From assembly GCA_043814965.1 (NCBI GenBank), contig JBDRJN010000015.1:1503-65502 (forward strand): a DNA stretch of 64,000 bases. The letters are read 5' to 3'. The stretch comes from Candidatus Omnitrophota bacterium. GTDB lineage: Bacteria > Omnitrophota > Gorgyraeia > Gorgyraeales > Gorgyraeaceae. Under the pieces are notes generated by a model that was given only the letters and a program-made list of their open reading frames with translations, was not told the DNA's origin and did no database searches. The translations under genes were made by a program, and so were the position numbers. This document shows, piece by piece, positions 10,378 through 21,200 of the stretch. How positions within the stretch are numbered: position 1 is the stretch's first letter; every line of letters begins with the position of its first letter.

Positions 10378-12543
10378 ATGACCAAGAATTTACAATGGAA
10401 GGTAGCTTTAACTATAGGGGTAGTGATAGTAGCGCTTTTAGGCATGCTGCCTCTAAAGGAAAAGATAAATCTAGGATTGGATCTACAAGGAGGCATGCAC
10501 CTTGTCTTAAAAGTAGATACATCGAAGATCCCTGAAGAGGCAAGAGAAGATGCCCCCAATAGGGCGCTCGAGGTAATACGCAATAGGATCGATCAATTCG
10601 GAGTAAGGGAGCCTCTCATACAGAGACAAGGTACAAATTCTATAGTGGTACAGCTTCCCGGGGTAACGGATAGGGATAGGGCTATCGAACTTATAGGAAA
10701 GACTGCCCAGCTCGAGTTCAAACTTGTAGAAAACAATCCAGAGTTGAATAAAAGGGCAAGGGAAGGGGATGTCCCTGCAGGGTATGAAGTCAAGATAGTT
10801 GAAAAAGACACTCTTCTTTTACACAAAGAGTCAGCCCTTACAGGCGATACCCTTACAAAGGCAGAAGTGCAGTTTGATCAATCTGGTTTTAATCAGCCTT
10901 ATATATCTATAGAGTTTAATTCTAAAGGCGCAAGCATATTTTCGGAGCTTACAGGTAAAAGCGTGGGTGAGAGGCTTGCCATTGTCTTGGATGGCACAGT
11001 TTATTCAGCTCCCAGGATAAATGAAAAGATCCCTTCAGGGAGAGCTCAGATAACAGGCCGTTTTACAGTAGAAGAAGCAGGGGACTTGGCTATAGTCCTA
11101 AGAGCCGGCGCTCTTCCAGCGCCTATTTATATAGAAGAAGAGCGTACTGTAGGGTCTCTCTTGGGAAAAGATTCTATAGAAAGCGGTATAAGGGCTTCCA
11201 TGATAGGGGTTTTACTTGTAATAGGTTTTATGCTTTTATATTATCTTTTTGCAGGTATAGTTGCGAGCATTGCAATGTTACTTAATTTTATTATAGTACT
11301 AGGAGTGTTGGGATGGTTTCATACTACATTGACCCTTCCTGGCATAGCAGGCCTTATACTTGTCATCGGTATGGCAGTTGACGCAAATGTGCTGATATAC
11401 GAACGTATAAGAGAAGAGCTTTCGACAGGCAAACATATTCGCAGCGCTATAGGAGCTGGTTACAATAAGGCCTTTACTACGATACTTGATTCCAACATTA
11501 CGACATTGATTGCAGCAGCGCTTCTTTTTAAATTTGGCACAGGCCCTATAAGGGGATTTGGCGTAACTCTCAGTATAGGTATATTGGCCAGTATGTTCAC
11601 GGCCATATTTGTTACAAGGATAATATTTGATCTTGTGACTACTAATAAGAATTTTACAAGATTGCCGATGCTTCAGCTTTTCAAGAAAACAAATATAGAT
11701 TTTATAAGCAAAAGATGGATAGCTCTCGGGCTTTCTCTTGTAGTTTTGATAGGAGGCATGAGCGTCTTTTTTGCTAAAGGTGAAAAGGCATACGGTATTG
11801 ATTTTACTGGCGGGCAGATACAGGAATATTCATTTAAAGATCATATCAAGATAGATGATGCGAGAAAGGCTATTACGGATATAGGGATAAAGGATGCTAC
11901 CATACAGAGCGTTAAGGGTACAAATCAGATACTTATAAAGACCTCGGAAGACCAGGCCTCTAAGATACAGAAAAAATTTGAAGAGAGTTTTCCGGATAAT
12001 CCTTCAGACCTAATGAGAGTAGAAAAAGTAGGGCCATCAATAGGAAAACACCTCAGAAAAAGCGCGCGGCTGGCAATACTATGGTCTCTTATAGGTATAC
12101 TTATCTATGTCGGGGTAAGGTTCAAAAATATCCTGTTCGCAGGAGCAGGTGTCATAGCGCTTTTTCATGACGTATTTGTTGCGATGGGTTTTCTCGCATT
12201 TACAGGAAGAGAGCTCAATCTTACAATAGTGGCAGCGCTTCTTACGATAGCAGGTTATTCTATAAATGATACCATAGTAATATATGACAGGATAAGGGAG
12301 AATCTGAAGCTTTACAGAAAATCTTCCATGAAAGAGATAATAAATATGAGCGTAAATCAGACTCTTTCGAGAACTGTCCTTACGACACTCACTACGCTTC
12401 TGGCAGTATGTTCTATATTTTTATTCGGGGGAGAGGTGTTAAGGGATTTTTCATTCACTCTTCTAATAGGAATGATCTCAGGCATATACTCCACGATATA
12501 TATAGCCAGCCCGCTCATAATATTGTGGCACAGGAGGACTTGA
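10378..12543 (+). CDS. secDF: Protein translocase subunit SecDF (fused SecD-SecF)
   Basis: 721 aa; two 6-TM blocks with periplasmic domains; typical SecD and SecF motifs. Confidence 0.9.
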   Translation: MTKNLQWKVALTIGVVIVALLGMLPLKEKINLGLDLQGGMHLVLKVDTSKIPEEAREDAPNRALEVIRNRIDQFGVREPLIQRQGTNSIVVQLPGVTDRDRAIELIGKTAQLEFKLVENNPELNKRAREGDVPAGYEVKIVEKDTLLLHKESALTGDTLTKAEVQFDQSGFNQPYISIEFNSKGASIFSELTGKSVGERLAIVLDGTVYSAPRINEKIPSGRAQITGRFTVEEAGDLAIVLRAGALPAPIYIEEERTVGSLLGKDSIESGIRASMIGVLLVIGFMLLYYLFAGIVASIAMLLNFIIVLGVLGWFHTTLTLPGIAGLILVIGMAVDANVLIYERIREELSTGKHIRSAIGAGYNKAFTTILDSNITTLIAAALLFKFGTGPIRGFGVTLSIGILASMFTAIFVTRIIFDLVTTNKNFTRLPMLQLFKKTNIDFISKRWIALGLSLVVLIGGMSVFFAKGEKAYGIDFTGGQIQEYSFKDHIKIDDARKAITDIGIKDATIQSVKGTNQILIKTSEDQASKIQKKFEESFPDNPSDLMRVEKVGPSIGKHLRKSARLAILWSLIGILIYVGVRFKNILFAGAGVIALFHDVFVAMGFLAFTGRELNLTIVAALLTIAGYSINDTIVIYDRIRENLKLYRKSSMKEIINMSVNQTLSRTVLTTLTTLLAVCSIFLFGGEVLRDFSFTLLIGMISGIYSTIYIASPLIILWHRRT

Positions 12544-12555
12544 CAGCTAGAAAAA

Positions 12556-13428
12556 ATGAAAAATGATAATAAGTTCTTATATATAAGGCGTATACTTATC
12601 CTGATACTTGTATTGAATTGGGCTATAGCGCTTAGTAAGATAATTTATGGCCTTATCACAAAGTGCGTATCAATGACAGCTGATGGCGTGCATTCTTTTG
12701 GGGATGGCGCAAGCAATATAATAGGCCTCATTGGTATCTGGCTGGCGTCTAAGCCTAAGGACGAGTCCCATCCATATGGCCACAAAAAATTTGAGACATT
12801 CGCTACCCTGGGTACAGTAGCTATACTTTTTTTAGCCTCTTTTAATATCCTGAAAGAGGCCCTATCCAGGTTGTTCAATCCAGTAATGCCTGATGTGAAC
12901 CTTGTGAGTTTTATCGTGATGTTCCTCACCATGGCTATAAATATCTTTATAGTCAGGTATGAACATGCTAAAGGCAAAGAACTCTCAAGTGATATACTTA
13001 CCTGTGATGCTCTGCATACAAAAAGCGATATCTTCGCATCCATCGCTGTCATAGGCACATTGATATCTATTAAAATGGGTTTTTGGGCTATGGATATAAT
13101 AGTAGCAGCCAGTATATCTCTTTTAATAGCAAGGTCCGCATTTCTTATATTAAAAGCAAGTTCCAAGGTATTGTGCGACGGAAACGTCCTGGTGGAGACC
13201 AGGATAACAGATGTAGTAAAAAAAGTAAAAGGCGTAAAATCCATACACAACGTCAGGACCCGCGGCAGAGAGGATGATATACACGTGGATCTGCATGTGA
13301 CGATCGATAAGGATATGCATGTTGATAAGGCGCATAGTTTGAGCCACGACATACAAGAAGCTTTAAGAGGAGCTATAAAGGGTATCACAGAAGTTAGTGT
13401 TCATCTAGAGCCGCATAATCATAAATGA
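12556..13428 (+). CDS. Cation diffusion facilitator (CDF) family metal efflux transporter
   Basis: 290 aa; 6 TM + C-terminal cytoplasmic domain; HSFGD / HxxxD motifs. Confidence 0.8.
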   Translation: MKNDNKFLYIRRILILILVLNWAIALSKIIYGLITKCVSMTADGVHSFGDGASNIIGLIGIWLASKPKDESHPYGHKKFETFATLGTVAILFLASFNILKEALSRLFNPVMPDVNLVSFIVMFLTMAINIFIVRYEHAKGKELSSDILTCDALHTKSDIFASIAVIGTLISIKMGFWAMDIIVAASISLLIARSAFLILKASSKVLCDGNVLVETRITDVVKKVKGVKSIHNVRTRGREDDIHVDLHVTIDKDMHVDKAHSLSHDIQEALRGAIKGITEVSVHLEPHNHK

Positions 13429-13435
13429 GATTACC

Positions 13436-15136
13436 ATGAAACGATGGATCATTAAAGAACCAAAACCTACTTTGCAGAAAAAGCTTTCAAGTGATCTAGA
13501 CATTTCCAGTATCCTTACTCAGCTTCTTATTAATAGGAACATCAAGACATTGGAAAGCGCAAAGACGTTTTTAGGGGGAGACGCGCTTGAACTCTATGAC
13601 CCGTATCTAATGAAGGGCATGAGAGAGGCTGTCGATAGGTTAAAAAAAGCTATAGATAAAAAAGAGAAGATCCTTATCCATGGAGATTATGATGTGGATG
13701 GAGTGACAGCTGTCAGCCTGGTTATATATGTGCTGCGTAGCTTGGGGTTGGAACCAATATATTATATCCCGCATAGGGTCAGCGAGGGGTATGGCTTAAG
13801 CGAAGGAGGGGTTAAGGAGGCAATAGATAAAGAGGTAGGCCTTGTTTTGACAGTAGACTGTGGTATATGCAGTATTGAGGAAGTAAATATTTTAAAGGAT
13901 CATGGCATAGATACTATTATCACTGATCATCATGAGCCTCTCAAGGAAACTCCGAGAGCATATTCTATAATAGATCCTCACCAGAAGTCTTGCGCGTATC
14001 CCGATAAAGATCTTTCAGGGGTAAGCGTTGCTTTTAAATTGTGCGAGGCGCTATGCTCAGCGTACCATATAAAAGAAGCATGGAGGCATCTGGACCTGGT
14101 CGCCCTTGGCACTGTATCAGATGTCTGTCCTCTTGTAGGAGAAAATAGGCTTCTGGTAAAAGAAGGACTAAGGGTATTAAAAAATGGCATCAAGAACAAA
14201 GGCTTAAAAGCCCTTATTAAAGCAAGCGGACTTCATGACCGAGAGATCACTTCATATGACCTTGGCTTCATACTTGGCCCCAGGATAAACGCAACAGGAA
14301 GGATAGATACAGCAGACAGGGCAGTGGAACTTTTGATCACAGATGATGACAGTAAAGCAGAAGGCCTTGCAAAAGAACTTAACGAGGTAAATCGTGAACG
14401 CCAAAAGATAGGAAACCTTACTCTGAAAGAAGCCATGTCCAAGATCGACAGGGAAGTGAATTTCAAGGAGCATAAGGTCATAGTGCTTCACAATGAAGAT
14501 TGGCATACAGGAGTGATAGGCATTGTCGCTTCACGTATAGCTGATAAGTTTTACAGGCCATGCATAATGATATCTACTAAGGACGGCATGGGCAAAGGTT
14601 CGGGTAGATCCATAGATAGTTTCCATCTATTTGAGGCGCTTTCAGATTGCGGGGATATATTAAAGGAATATGGAGGGCATAAGTATGCATGCGGCCTTAC
14701 ACTTTTGGAGAAAAATCTAGCTAGTTTTAAGGCTACTATAAATGAGATAGCGAATAATGTTTTGACCGTCGAAGATATGATCCCTAGCCTGGATATTGAT
14801 ATGGAGATAGTGTTAAAAGACTTGAGTTATGATGTGGTAGTGGATATTGATAGATTAGAGCCTTTTGGCGCAGGCAATCCAAGGCCTTTATTCTGCTCTA
14901 AAGGCCTAAGGCTTGCGAGTTCTATAAGGATACTAAAGGGCGAGCATATCAAATTTCGCGCAACTGATGGTGTTAAGGATTTTGAAGTAATAGGATTTGG
15001 CTTGGCAAGAGAAGGTGACGCAGAGGCCATACTAAACGGAAGCCCCAGCTTCGATATCGTGTATACAGCATCTTTTAATACCTGGCAAGGCCTTGAGAAC
15101 ATACAGCTTACTTTAGAAGATATCAGGCCTTCGTGA
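13436..15136 (+). CDS. recJ: Single-stranded-DNA-specific exonuclease RecJ
   Basis: 566 aa; DHH motifs (HGDYDVDG, DHH) and DHHA1 region. Confidence 0.88.
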   Translation: MKRWIIKEPKPTLQKKLSSDLDISSILTQLLINRNIKTLESAKTFLGGDALELYDPYLMKGMREAVDRLKKAIDKKEKILIHGDYDVDGVTAVSLVIYVLRSLGLEPIYYIPHRVSEGYGLSEGGVKEAIDKEVGLVLTVDCGICSIEEVNILKDHGIDTIITDHHEPLKETPRAYSIIDPHQKSCAYPDKDLSGVSVAFKLCEALCSAYHIKEAWRHLDLVALGTVSDVCPLVGENRLLVKEGLRVLKNGIKNKGLKALIKASGLHDREITSYDLGFILGPRINATGRIDTADRAVELLITDDDSKAEGLAKELNEVNRERQKIGNLTLKEAMSKIDREVNFKEHKVIVLHNEDWHTGVIGIVASRIADKFYRPCIMISTKDGMGKGSGRSIDSFHLFEALSDCGDILKEYGGHKYACGLTLLEKNLASFKATINEIANNVLTVEDMIPSLDIDMEIVLKDLSYDVVVDIDRLEPFGAGNPRPLFCSKGLRLASSIRILKGEHIKFRATDGVKDFEVIGFGLAREGDAEAILNGSPSFDIVYTASFNTWQGLENIQLTLEDIRPS

Positions 15137-15350
15137 TCTTTCCAGCCTTGATACAACCGGTACAGACCTTTACCCTCTTGGTTGTTCCCTTTAAGATGAT
15201 CTTTACGGTTTGTAAGTTTGGTAGGAATCTTCGCTTTGTTATACCAGTGATCTTTTTACCAACCCCGCCTTTGGCCTTTGCCATACCGCGCCTGGAGATC
15301 TTTCTTCCGGCCATTGGCCCTTTGTTACATATCGCGCATACTCTTGACAT
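15123..15350 (-). CDS. rpmB: 50S ribosomal protein L28
   Basis: 75 aa; MSRVCAICNKGPMAGRKISRRG...; 3' end overlaps recJ 3' end convergently by 14 nt. Confidence 0.88.
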   Translation of the reverse strand: MSRVCAICNKGPMAGRKISRRGMAKAKGGVGKKITGITKRRFLPNLQTVKIILKGTTKRVKVCTGCIKAGKITKA

Positions 15351-15439
15351 AATTAACTCCTTTAAATTTCATTGAATTAGAGCTAAAATAATAACATAAT
15401 ACAGGAGAACATGCAAGAGGAAAATTTTCATTTAAGTAG

Positions 15440-15600
15440 TATTCGCCAGAATGCTAGGCTTTCGAAAAATCGTTCAGCCCAGCGTTAGTAATGCGTAGGT
15501 GTGGGGCTTCACTCCACTTTATTTTGACAGGCAATCTAAATTGTAGTTTGTGGATCACAAAGTGCGCAAAATAAAAAGGTTTTTCTCATGCCTATCGTCC
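15440..15600. repeat. Family-B ~160-nt element, copy 1 (homologous to 60237-60399) with imperfect terminal inverted repeats
   Basis: Shared core ...cactcc-tttattttgacaggcaaNctaaaNtgtagttt...gcgcaaaataaa...; ends tcgccagaatgctagg / cctatcgtcctggcga partly complementary. Confidence 0.55.
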
Positions 15601-15890
15601 TGGCGATACTAGTTAAATTTTCTTCTTGGAGTCGTATGACCGGAGAAGATGTAAAGAGCTATAAGGAAAGACTGTGAACGAATTTGAAAATTTAGGCTTT
15701 TATGGAGCAATTTTCGGTTTTTATGCCGCATTTTATGAGGCGAAAAGGCTCGAAGCTGTTCGAAGCCACCGCACCAGATTTTGCAGTGGCAAGTTCTTCG
15801 AGCCCCGAAAAATTCTGAATAAAAGTCGACCCGAATGAGAAATTTTCATATGAGTGAGCAGGTTTCCTTATAGCTCCGAACATATTTATT

Positions 15891-16832
15891 ATGAAGAATG
15901 AAATTAAGCAGGCATACAAGATGATGGAAGGCTGTTCCTTGTGCCCAAGGAATTGCGGGGTGAACCGCTTAAAGGGAGAGATCGGGTTCTGCAAGGCAGG
16001 CTTAAAGCCAATGTTCTCGAGCGCTCATCTACACTTTGGCGAAGAGCCGCCTATATCAGGAAAAAATGGATCCGGTACTATTTTTCTTACACATTGTAGC
16101 TTGAGGTGTTGCTTTTGCCAGAATCATCCTATAAGCCAATTAAGGCAAGACAATGTTGTAGGAATAGAACAATGTTCTATCCCTACAACAAAATTGTCAG
16201 ACATCATGTTAGGTTTAGAGAAGCAGGGAGCTCATAATATAAATTTTGTCACCCCCACTCATTATATGCCTCAAGTTTTGGAAGCTATAATGATTGCAAA
16301 AGATAAGGGCTTAACAATCCCGATAGTCTATAACTGCGGCGGGTACGAATCTTTTGAGGCTCTTAAACTTCTTAAGGGTGTAGTAGATATATATTTGCCT
16401 GACATGAAATATTCCGATGATCTAGTAGCCAAAAAGTATTCTTCGGCTCCTGATTACTTTGAGGTCAATAAGATTGCTATTAAAGAAATGTATGATCAGG
16501 TCGGGATGTTAGAAGTTGAAGATGGCATAGCGAAAAAAGGATTACTTATCAGGCACCTGGTATTGCCTGGCAATATTCAAGGCAGCGAAAAGATATTCTC
16601 ATTTATAATAAAAGAATTATCGCCTGATATTTATGTAAATATAATGGCGCAGTATTATCCATGTCATCTGGCGCATAAATTCCCAGAAATCAACCGCAGG
16701 ATCACGCATAAAGAATACATGGATACCATCAGGCTTGCCAAAAAAATGGGCTTAAAAGGCGGCTTCAGGCAGGTGCTTTCCACCATAAACAGGCTAAAGA
16801 TCCCTGAATGGACAGATGATCTAAAGGAATAA
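15891..16832 (+). CDS. Radical SAM protein, PflA/PflX-like activase family
   Basis: 313 aa; CxxxCxxC as CSLRCCFC; N-terminal extra Cys cluster CSLCPRNCGV. Confidence 0.75.
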   Translation: MKNEIKQAYKMMEGCSLCPRNCGVNRLKGEIGFCKAGLKPMFSSAHLHFGEEPPISGKNGSGTIFLTHCSLRCCFCQNHPISQLRQDNVVGIEQCSIPTTKLSDIMLGLEKQGAHNINFVTPTHYMPQVLEAIMIAKDKGLTIPIVYNCGGYESFEALKLLKGVVDIYLPDMKYSDDLVAKKYSSAPDYFEVNKIAIKEMYDQVGMLEVEDGIAKKGLLIRHLVLPGNIQGSEKIFSFIIKELSPDIYVNIMAQYYPCHLAHKFPEINRRITHKEYMDTIRLAKKMGLKGGFRQVLSTINRLKIPEWTDDLKE

Positions 16833-16847
16833 AAGAATAAAAATTCT

Positions 16848-16874
16848 TGATTTTTAGCTGTAATATGGTATAAT
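16848..16874 (+). promoter_or_regulatory. Predicted sigma70-type promoter (TTGATT-16-TATAAT) for the DUF4143 ATPase gene, followed by small palindrome tcagtTGATTGActga
   Basis: Consensus hexamers with 16-nt spacer seen directly. Confidence 0.5.
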
Positions 16875-16919
16875 TTAGTCAGTTGATTGACTGAATTAAT
16901 ATAAATTAGGAGTTTTATT

Positions 16920-18056
16920 ATGTATATTCCTCAAATCCAATTAAGTAATCTTAAAGGTATAATTAAGCCTCAAAAAGTTATAGTAATTTATGGGCCCAGG
17001 AGGTGTGGCAAGACTACTCTCTTGACGCATTTTTTAAAGGACGTAAAAGATAAATATTTATTTGTTAGTGGTGAAGATATAATAGTTCAAGATTTTTTAA
17101 GCAGCCAATCCATAGAAAAACTCCGTAGTTTCGTAGGAAGCAATAAGCTTTTAGTTATCGATGAAGCGCAAAAGATAAATTATATAGGTTTAAATCTAAA
17201 GTTGATAATCGATCATATGCCTGGGATTAAAGTTATCGCTACAGGTTCTTCATCGTTTGGCCTGGCGCATGAGATAGGAGAGCCTCTTACTGGAAGGAAG
17301 TTTACATTAAAGATGTTCCCTCTTTCTCAATTGGAATTATCTAATATTGAAACAAGGGCTGAGACAATAGCAAGGCTTGAAGAGCGCCTTATATATGGTT
17401 CTTATCCAGAGGTAGTTACAGCTGATGATATATCACAGAAAGTATTATATCTTAAAGAGATGATAAGTTCATATCTCTATAAGGATATCCTGGAGCTTGA
17501 AGGGATAAGGCATTCAAGCAAGATTGTCAGGCTATTGCAATTGTTGACCTTTCAGATAGGAAAAGAGGTCTCATATACCGAACTTGGAAGACAACTCGGT
17601 ATGAGTAAGAACACCATAGAAAAATATCTGGATCTTTTGGAAAAGGCATTCGTTATATTTAAACTGCGAGGTTTTAGCAGGAGTATCAGGAAGGAGATAT
17701 CAAAGAACCCCAGGTATTATTTTTATGACACAGGCATAAGAAATGCGTTGATCAACAATTTTAATATCCTATCTATGCGCGATGATATTGGCATGTTATG
17801 GGAGAACTATATTATTGTAGAAAGATTAAAGGCGCAGGAATATCTACACATGCAGGTAAATAATCATTTCTGGAGGACATATGACCGCAAGGAGATAGAT
17901 TTTATTGAGGAAAAAGATGGGATGCTGCATGGATATGAGATAACATGGTCAAATGCTAAGCGTAATGCGCCTAAAGAATGGCTCGATAAGTATAAAGCCG
18001 ACTATAAGGTTATTACCAAGGAAAATTATTTGGATTTTATAGTGTTAAATGTATAA
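16920..18056 (+). CDS. AAA family ATPase with C-terminal DUF4143 domain
   Basis: 378 aa; Walker A GPRRCGKTT, Walker B LLVIDEAQ; architecture typical of AAA_14+DUF4143 proteins. Confidence 0.75.
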   Translation: MYIPQIQLSNLKGIIKPQKVIVIYGPRRCGKTTLLTHFLKDVKDKYLFVSGEDIIVQDFLSSQSIEKLRSFVGSNKLLVIDEAQKINYIGLNLKLIIDHMPGIKVIATGSSSFGLAHEIGEPLTGRKFTLKMFPLSQLELSNIETRAETIARLEERLIYGSYPEVVTADDISQKVLYLKEMISSYLYKDILELEGIRHSSKIVRLLQLLTFQIGKEVSYTELGRQLGMSKNTIEKYLDLLEKAFVIFKLRGFSRSIRKEISKNPRYYFYDTGIRNALINNFNILSMRDDIGMLWENYIIVERLKAQEYLHMQVNNHFWRTYDRKEIDFIEEKDGMLHGYEITWSNAKRNAPKEWLDKYKADYKVITKENYLDFIVLNV

Positions 18057-18076
18057 AAAGATACATAAAATTTCTC

Positions 18077-18104
18077 TTGATTAAATTAGCGTTTTTGGTA
18101 TAAT
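18077..18104 (+). promoter_or_regulatory. Predicted sigma70-type promoter (TTGATT-16-TATAAT) upstream of 1656-aa gene
   Basis: Consensus hexamers seen directly. Confidence 0.5.
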
Positions 18105-18110
18105 ATACAT

Positions 18111-18145
18111 TAGCCTTCATGGGAAAAGGGAAAGGCTATTTTTTT
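18111..18145 (+). promoter_or_regulatory. Leader hairpin + T7 tract (attenuator/terminator-like), copy 1 of a conserved leader motif
   Basis: tagccttcatgggaaaagggaaaggcta + ttttttt; near-identical motif at 37003-37046. Confidence 0.5.
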
Positions 18146-18194
18146 ACCTAAAATAAACAAGGCTTTAAAAAACCATAGTAAAATAGTCCCTCAT

Positions 18195-18243
18195 CCCGAA
18201 GTTTCGGGACTCGAGACGAATTTTACTTCGTAAAATTCGAAGG
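18195..18243 (+). promoter_or_regulatory. Family-D SD-adjacent hairpin module (cccgaagtttcggg + cgaattttac-ttc-gtaaaattcg followed by aagg SD)
   Basis: Perfect 10-bp stem ending 1 nt before the SD; same module at 29693-29731 and 34258-34295. Confidence 0.5.
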
Positions 18244-18249
18244 ACAAAA

Positions 18250-21200
18250 ATGAAGAACCTTAAATCCATAAAAAAAACAGTATCCATAGTACTTGTAATT
18301 ACATTTTTCCTTACATCCAGCGCATATTCATACGAGGCAAGGCCAACTATACACCTAAGAAGCAATATCTCATTCGGGCCGGACAATAAAACAGAGTTCT
18401 CACAGCGTTTTGATGGAACCATTATAATGCAGCATTATGGCCTATCTAAGATCTTACCTAAAGTCCAGGCAATGCAGTATATTAATGAAGCCCAAAAGAA
18501 TAACATAGTCAACGTTCTTCTTGGCGATAAAAAGACACTTGTGCCTATTGCTCGGATTAATGCCATTGATTTAATTGATGATGGAGACTTGGTCGTCGGC
18601 CTAAATTATAACAATGAACCAGTCATAGCTATAAGCGACTCTTTGCTTACCCCTGAAAAACTCGGCGAGACAGAGATTGCTCCGACCGGCTTTACTCTTG
18701 AAGGCACTGAACTATTATTTTCAACAACTTTAAAATTCACTGTAAATGAGATAAATGATGCAATAAAGAAATATAACGATGGCGGTGTTTATGATTCATT
18801 TACAAAGACCATACAGAAGACAGAGCTGGTCAAATTAATAGAAGATATGGTGAGTAACAAGGAAGAATATACTCCGGAGGCCCTAAAGGATAAACTCGTT
18901 GAAGGCAATAATAAAACCGAGAGCCTTGCAGCTATCGCAGCAATATACTTACGCGGCGGGATGTTCTCTATGGGGACACCAAATATTCTTGAAAGTAACC
19001 TTGGGTTAGGCCTAGGTTTAGGACTGTCAAAACAAAAGAATAGCAGTGATTTTAATAAATTCGGTCAGTGGTATAAATGGGTATCGTCAGAAGTTGCTAT
19101 GGATGACTTGAATATGGACATGTTCAGGGATTATGATTATAGGTCAGTGGGACCAGTGTTAAAACCTGAAATGGTATTTCGTCTTGGTTTAATGTGGGGC
19201 CAAATGGCGTTACAGAAAGCAAAAGAGGCTGGCATAGAAAATAGAAAAGTACTTATAGCAAGGGATGCCAGGAAAATAGAACCAGAGTTAGTAGAGGCAT
19301 TGGCTGCATCACTGCGGTATGCGGGGCTTGATGTTGTTTATACTGCGGAAGATGGCCCGAATGCAGTAACATCTTATTCCTGGGCCGCTCAGGAGATCAA
19401 GCCTCTGATGAGTATATTTATTACTGCAAGCCATGTATCTATGCCAAAAGACCAGATCGTAAGGGGTTTTAAAGTAGCTATGTTGAATGAAGAAGGCGGC
19501 AATCTGGTCAGTTTAACTTCCAAAGAAATAAAGAACCAATCAAAAGATGCTGTTAAAGACCTGATAGAAAATCCTGAAAAGATAAAAGATTTAGAATCTC
19601 AAAAGAAAGGAAGTTTTATTGCTGCTAATGTCGATGAAAATTGCATAAGGATGTGTTCACTTGTGGGCGAAGTTGCTAGTAGTGGAGGCTCTCTCTATGA
19701 TCTGGCAAGAGAGTTAGAATCCTCTGATTCACCGGAAGATGTTATTACAAAGTGGGAAAATAAAGTCGGGCACACAGAGCCTTTAAAAGGCATGAAAGTA
19801 GTTGTGGAGGGTTCCCATACGCCGAGCGGAAACCTAGCAGCTAATACATTCAAGCAATTAGGAGCAGATGTGGTCTTGATAAACGGAGATATCCTAGAGG
19901 TAGAGGGCGAACATAATGCTGACCCATCCAAAGATAAAAATTTAACGCAGTTGAAGCAAACAATAGATACTGAAGGCGCTGATTTTGGTATAGCATTTGA
20001 TCTTGACGGCGATAGAGGTGCTATTGTTGTGCCTAAAAGATCCGAAGATGATTCTGGTATCAGTTTCGAGACTCTTGCTCCTGACAGGCTTATAGTTTCT
20101 TTGTTGCCATATTATATGGAAAAATTAGGATATGATCCTACAGTTACAGGTAAAAAAGTAGGTGTTATACGCGATGTATTAGGGACGTTCGGCGTAGATG
20201 ACCAGGCAGAGGCTTTGGGGATAGAGGCATTCCAGACAGACGCTGGCTATGTATTCTTGAAAGCAAAGAGAGCTGATCTATTACAGCAGGGCTATGGGAT
20301 ACCTATATATGGCGAACTTTCAGGCCACACCTGGCAGGATGTCACAGGGGAATTTGAGAATCCTGTGGCTGTTGCAGCTGTATTTAGCGTAATGGTAAAG
20401 GATAAAAAATATAAAGAAGATAATACCACCACATCCTTAAATCCTTTCTACGAAGCATTTACCGAAAGCACTATACCTTATAAACAGGCATCCAGGTCTC
20501 AGCCGCTCTTTGCCGGGGAATTTTTGTCAGAACTTTCGTCAATGCCGGCTAATAATACAGGATGGGCTTATAATCCTGATAATCCTACAAAACCTCCGCA
20601 ATTAATAATTGCCTTGGGAAAAGACGAAGGGATCAAGAGATTGCAGAAAGAGTTTACCGTAGGTAAATCTTATAATACACCGGCAGGGGAGTTGATTGTA
20701 AAGGAATTTAATACATATCAGGATGCAGTAGATGAAGGAGGGCTTTATAGATTTGCTGATATTGTATTTGAGCAGGATGGCAATGTCGCAGGCAGGTTTA
20801 TATTCAGGGCTTCTTCAAATGACCCGACATTTGTGTGTTCTTTCGAGACCCCGGTATGGGTAAATGAAAATACTGATTCAAAGACAGTAAACGACAGGTA
20901 TATTTCAATCGGAGGGATTGTTTTTGATTGGCTGGAGCAGAATAAGATCGCCAGGGTGACAGGAGATGTTGATTATGCCAATAAAGAATCCACGGAAAAG
21001 GTTGTTCTGGTTTATAGAGGTGCTAAAAATACAGAAACAGCAGCTGATGTAGCTGTAATTAGCAGTTCTGAAGATGCGAATATTCCAGAAGAAGAAACAA
21101 CTTTAATGCAGAATTTTGGCTTAGATGCTATACTAAGGCCAGAAACTGCAAGAGACCTTCTTACACCTTTATTAAGTAAAGATAACCCTACGATAAAGAT

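Noticed and set aside
15521-15560. TTGACA box conserved in both Family-B copies, considered as a -35 promoter element
   Set aside because: No acceptable -10 hexamer at 16-19 nt spacing in either copy. It is more likely part of the conserved element core.
15735-15800. tRNA-like 3' end (...gttcgaagccaccgcacca)
   Set aside because: No T-stem complementarity and no acceptor-stem partner could be built. No cloverleaf-compatible sequence was found anywhere in the window.
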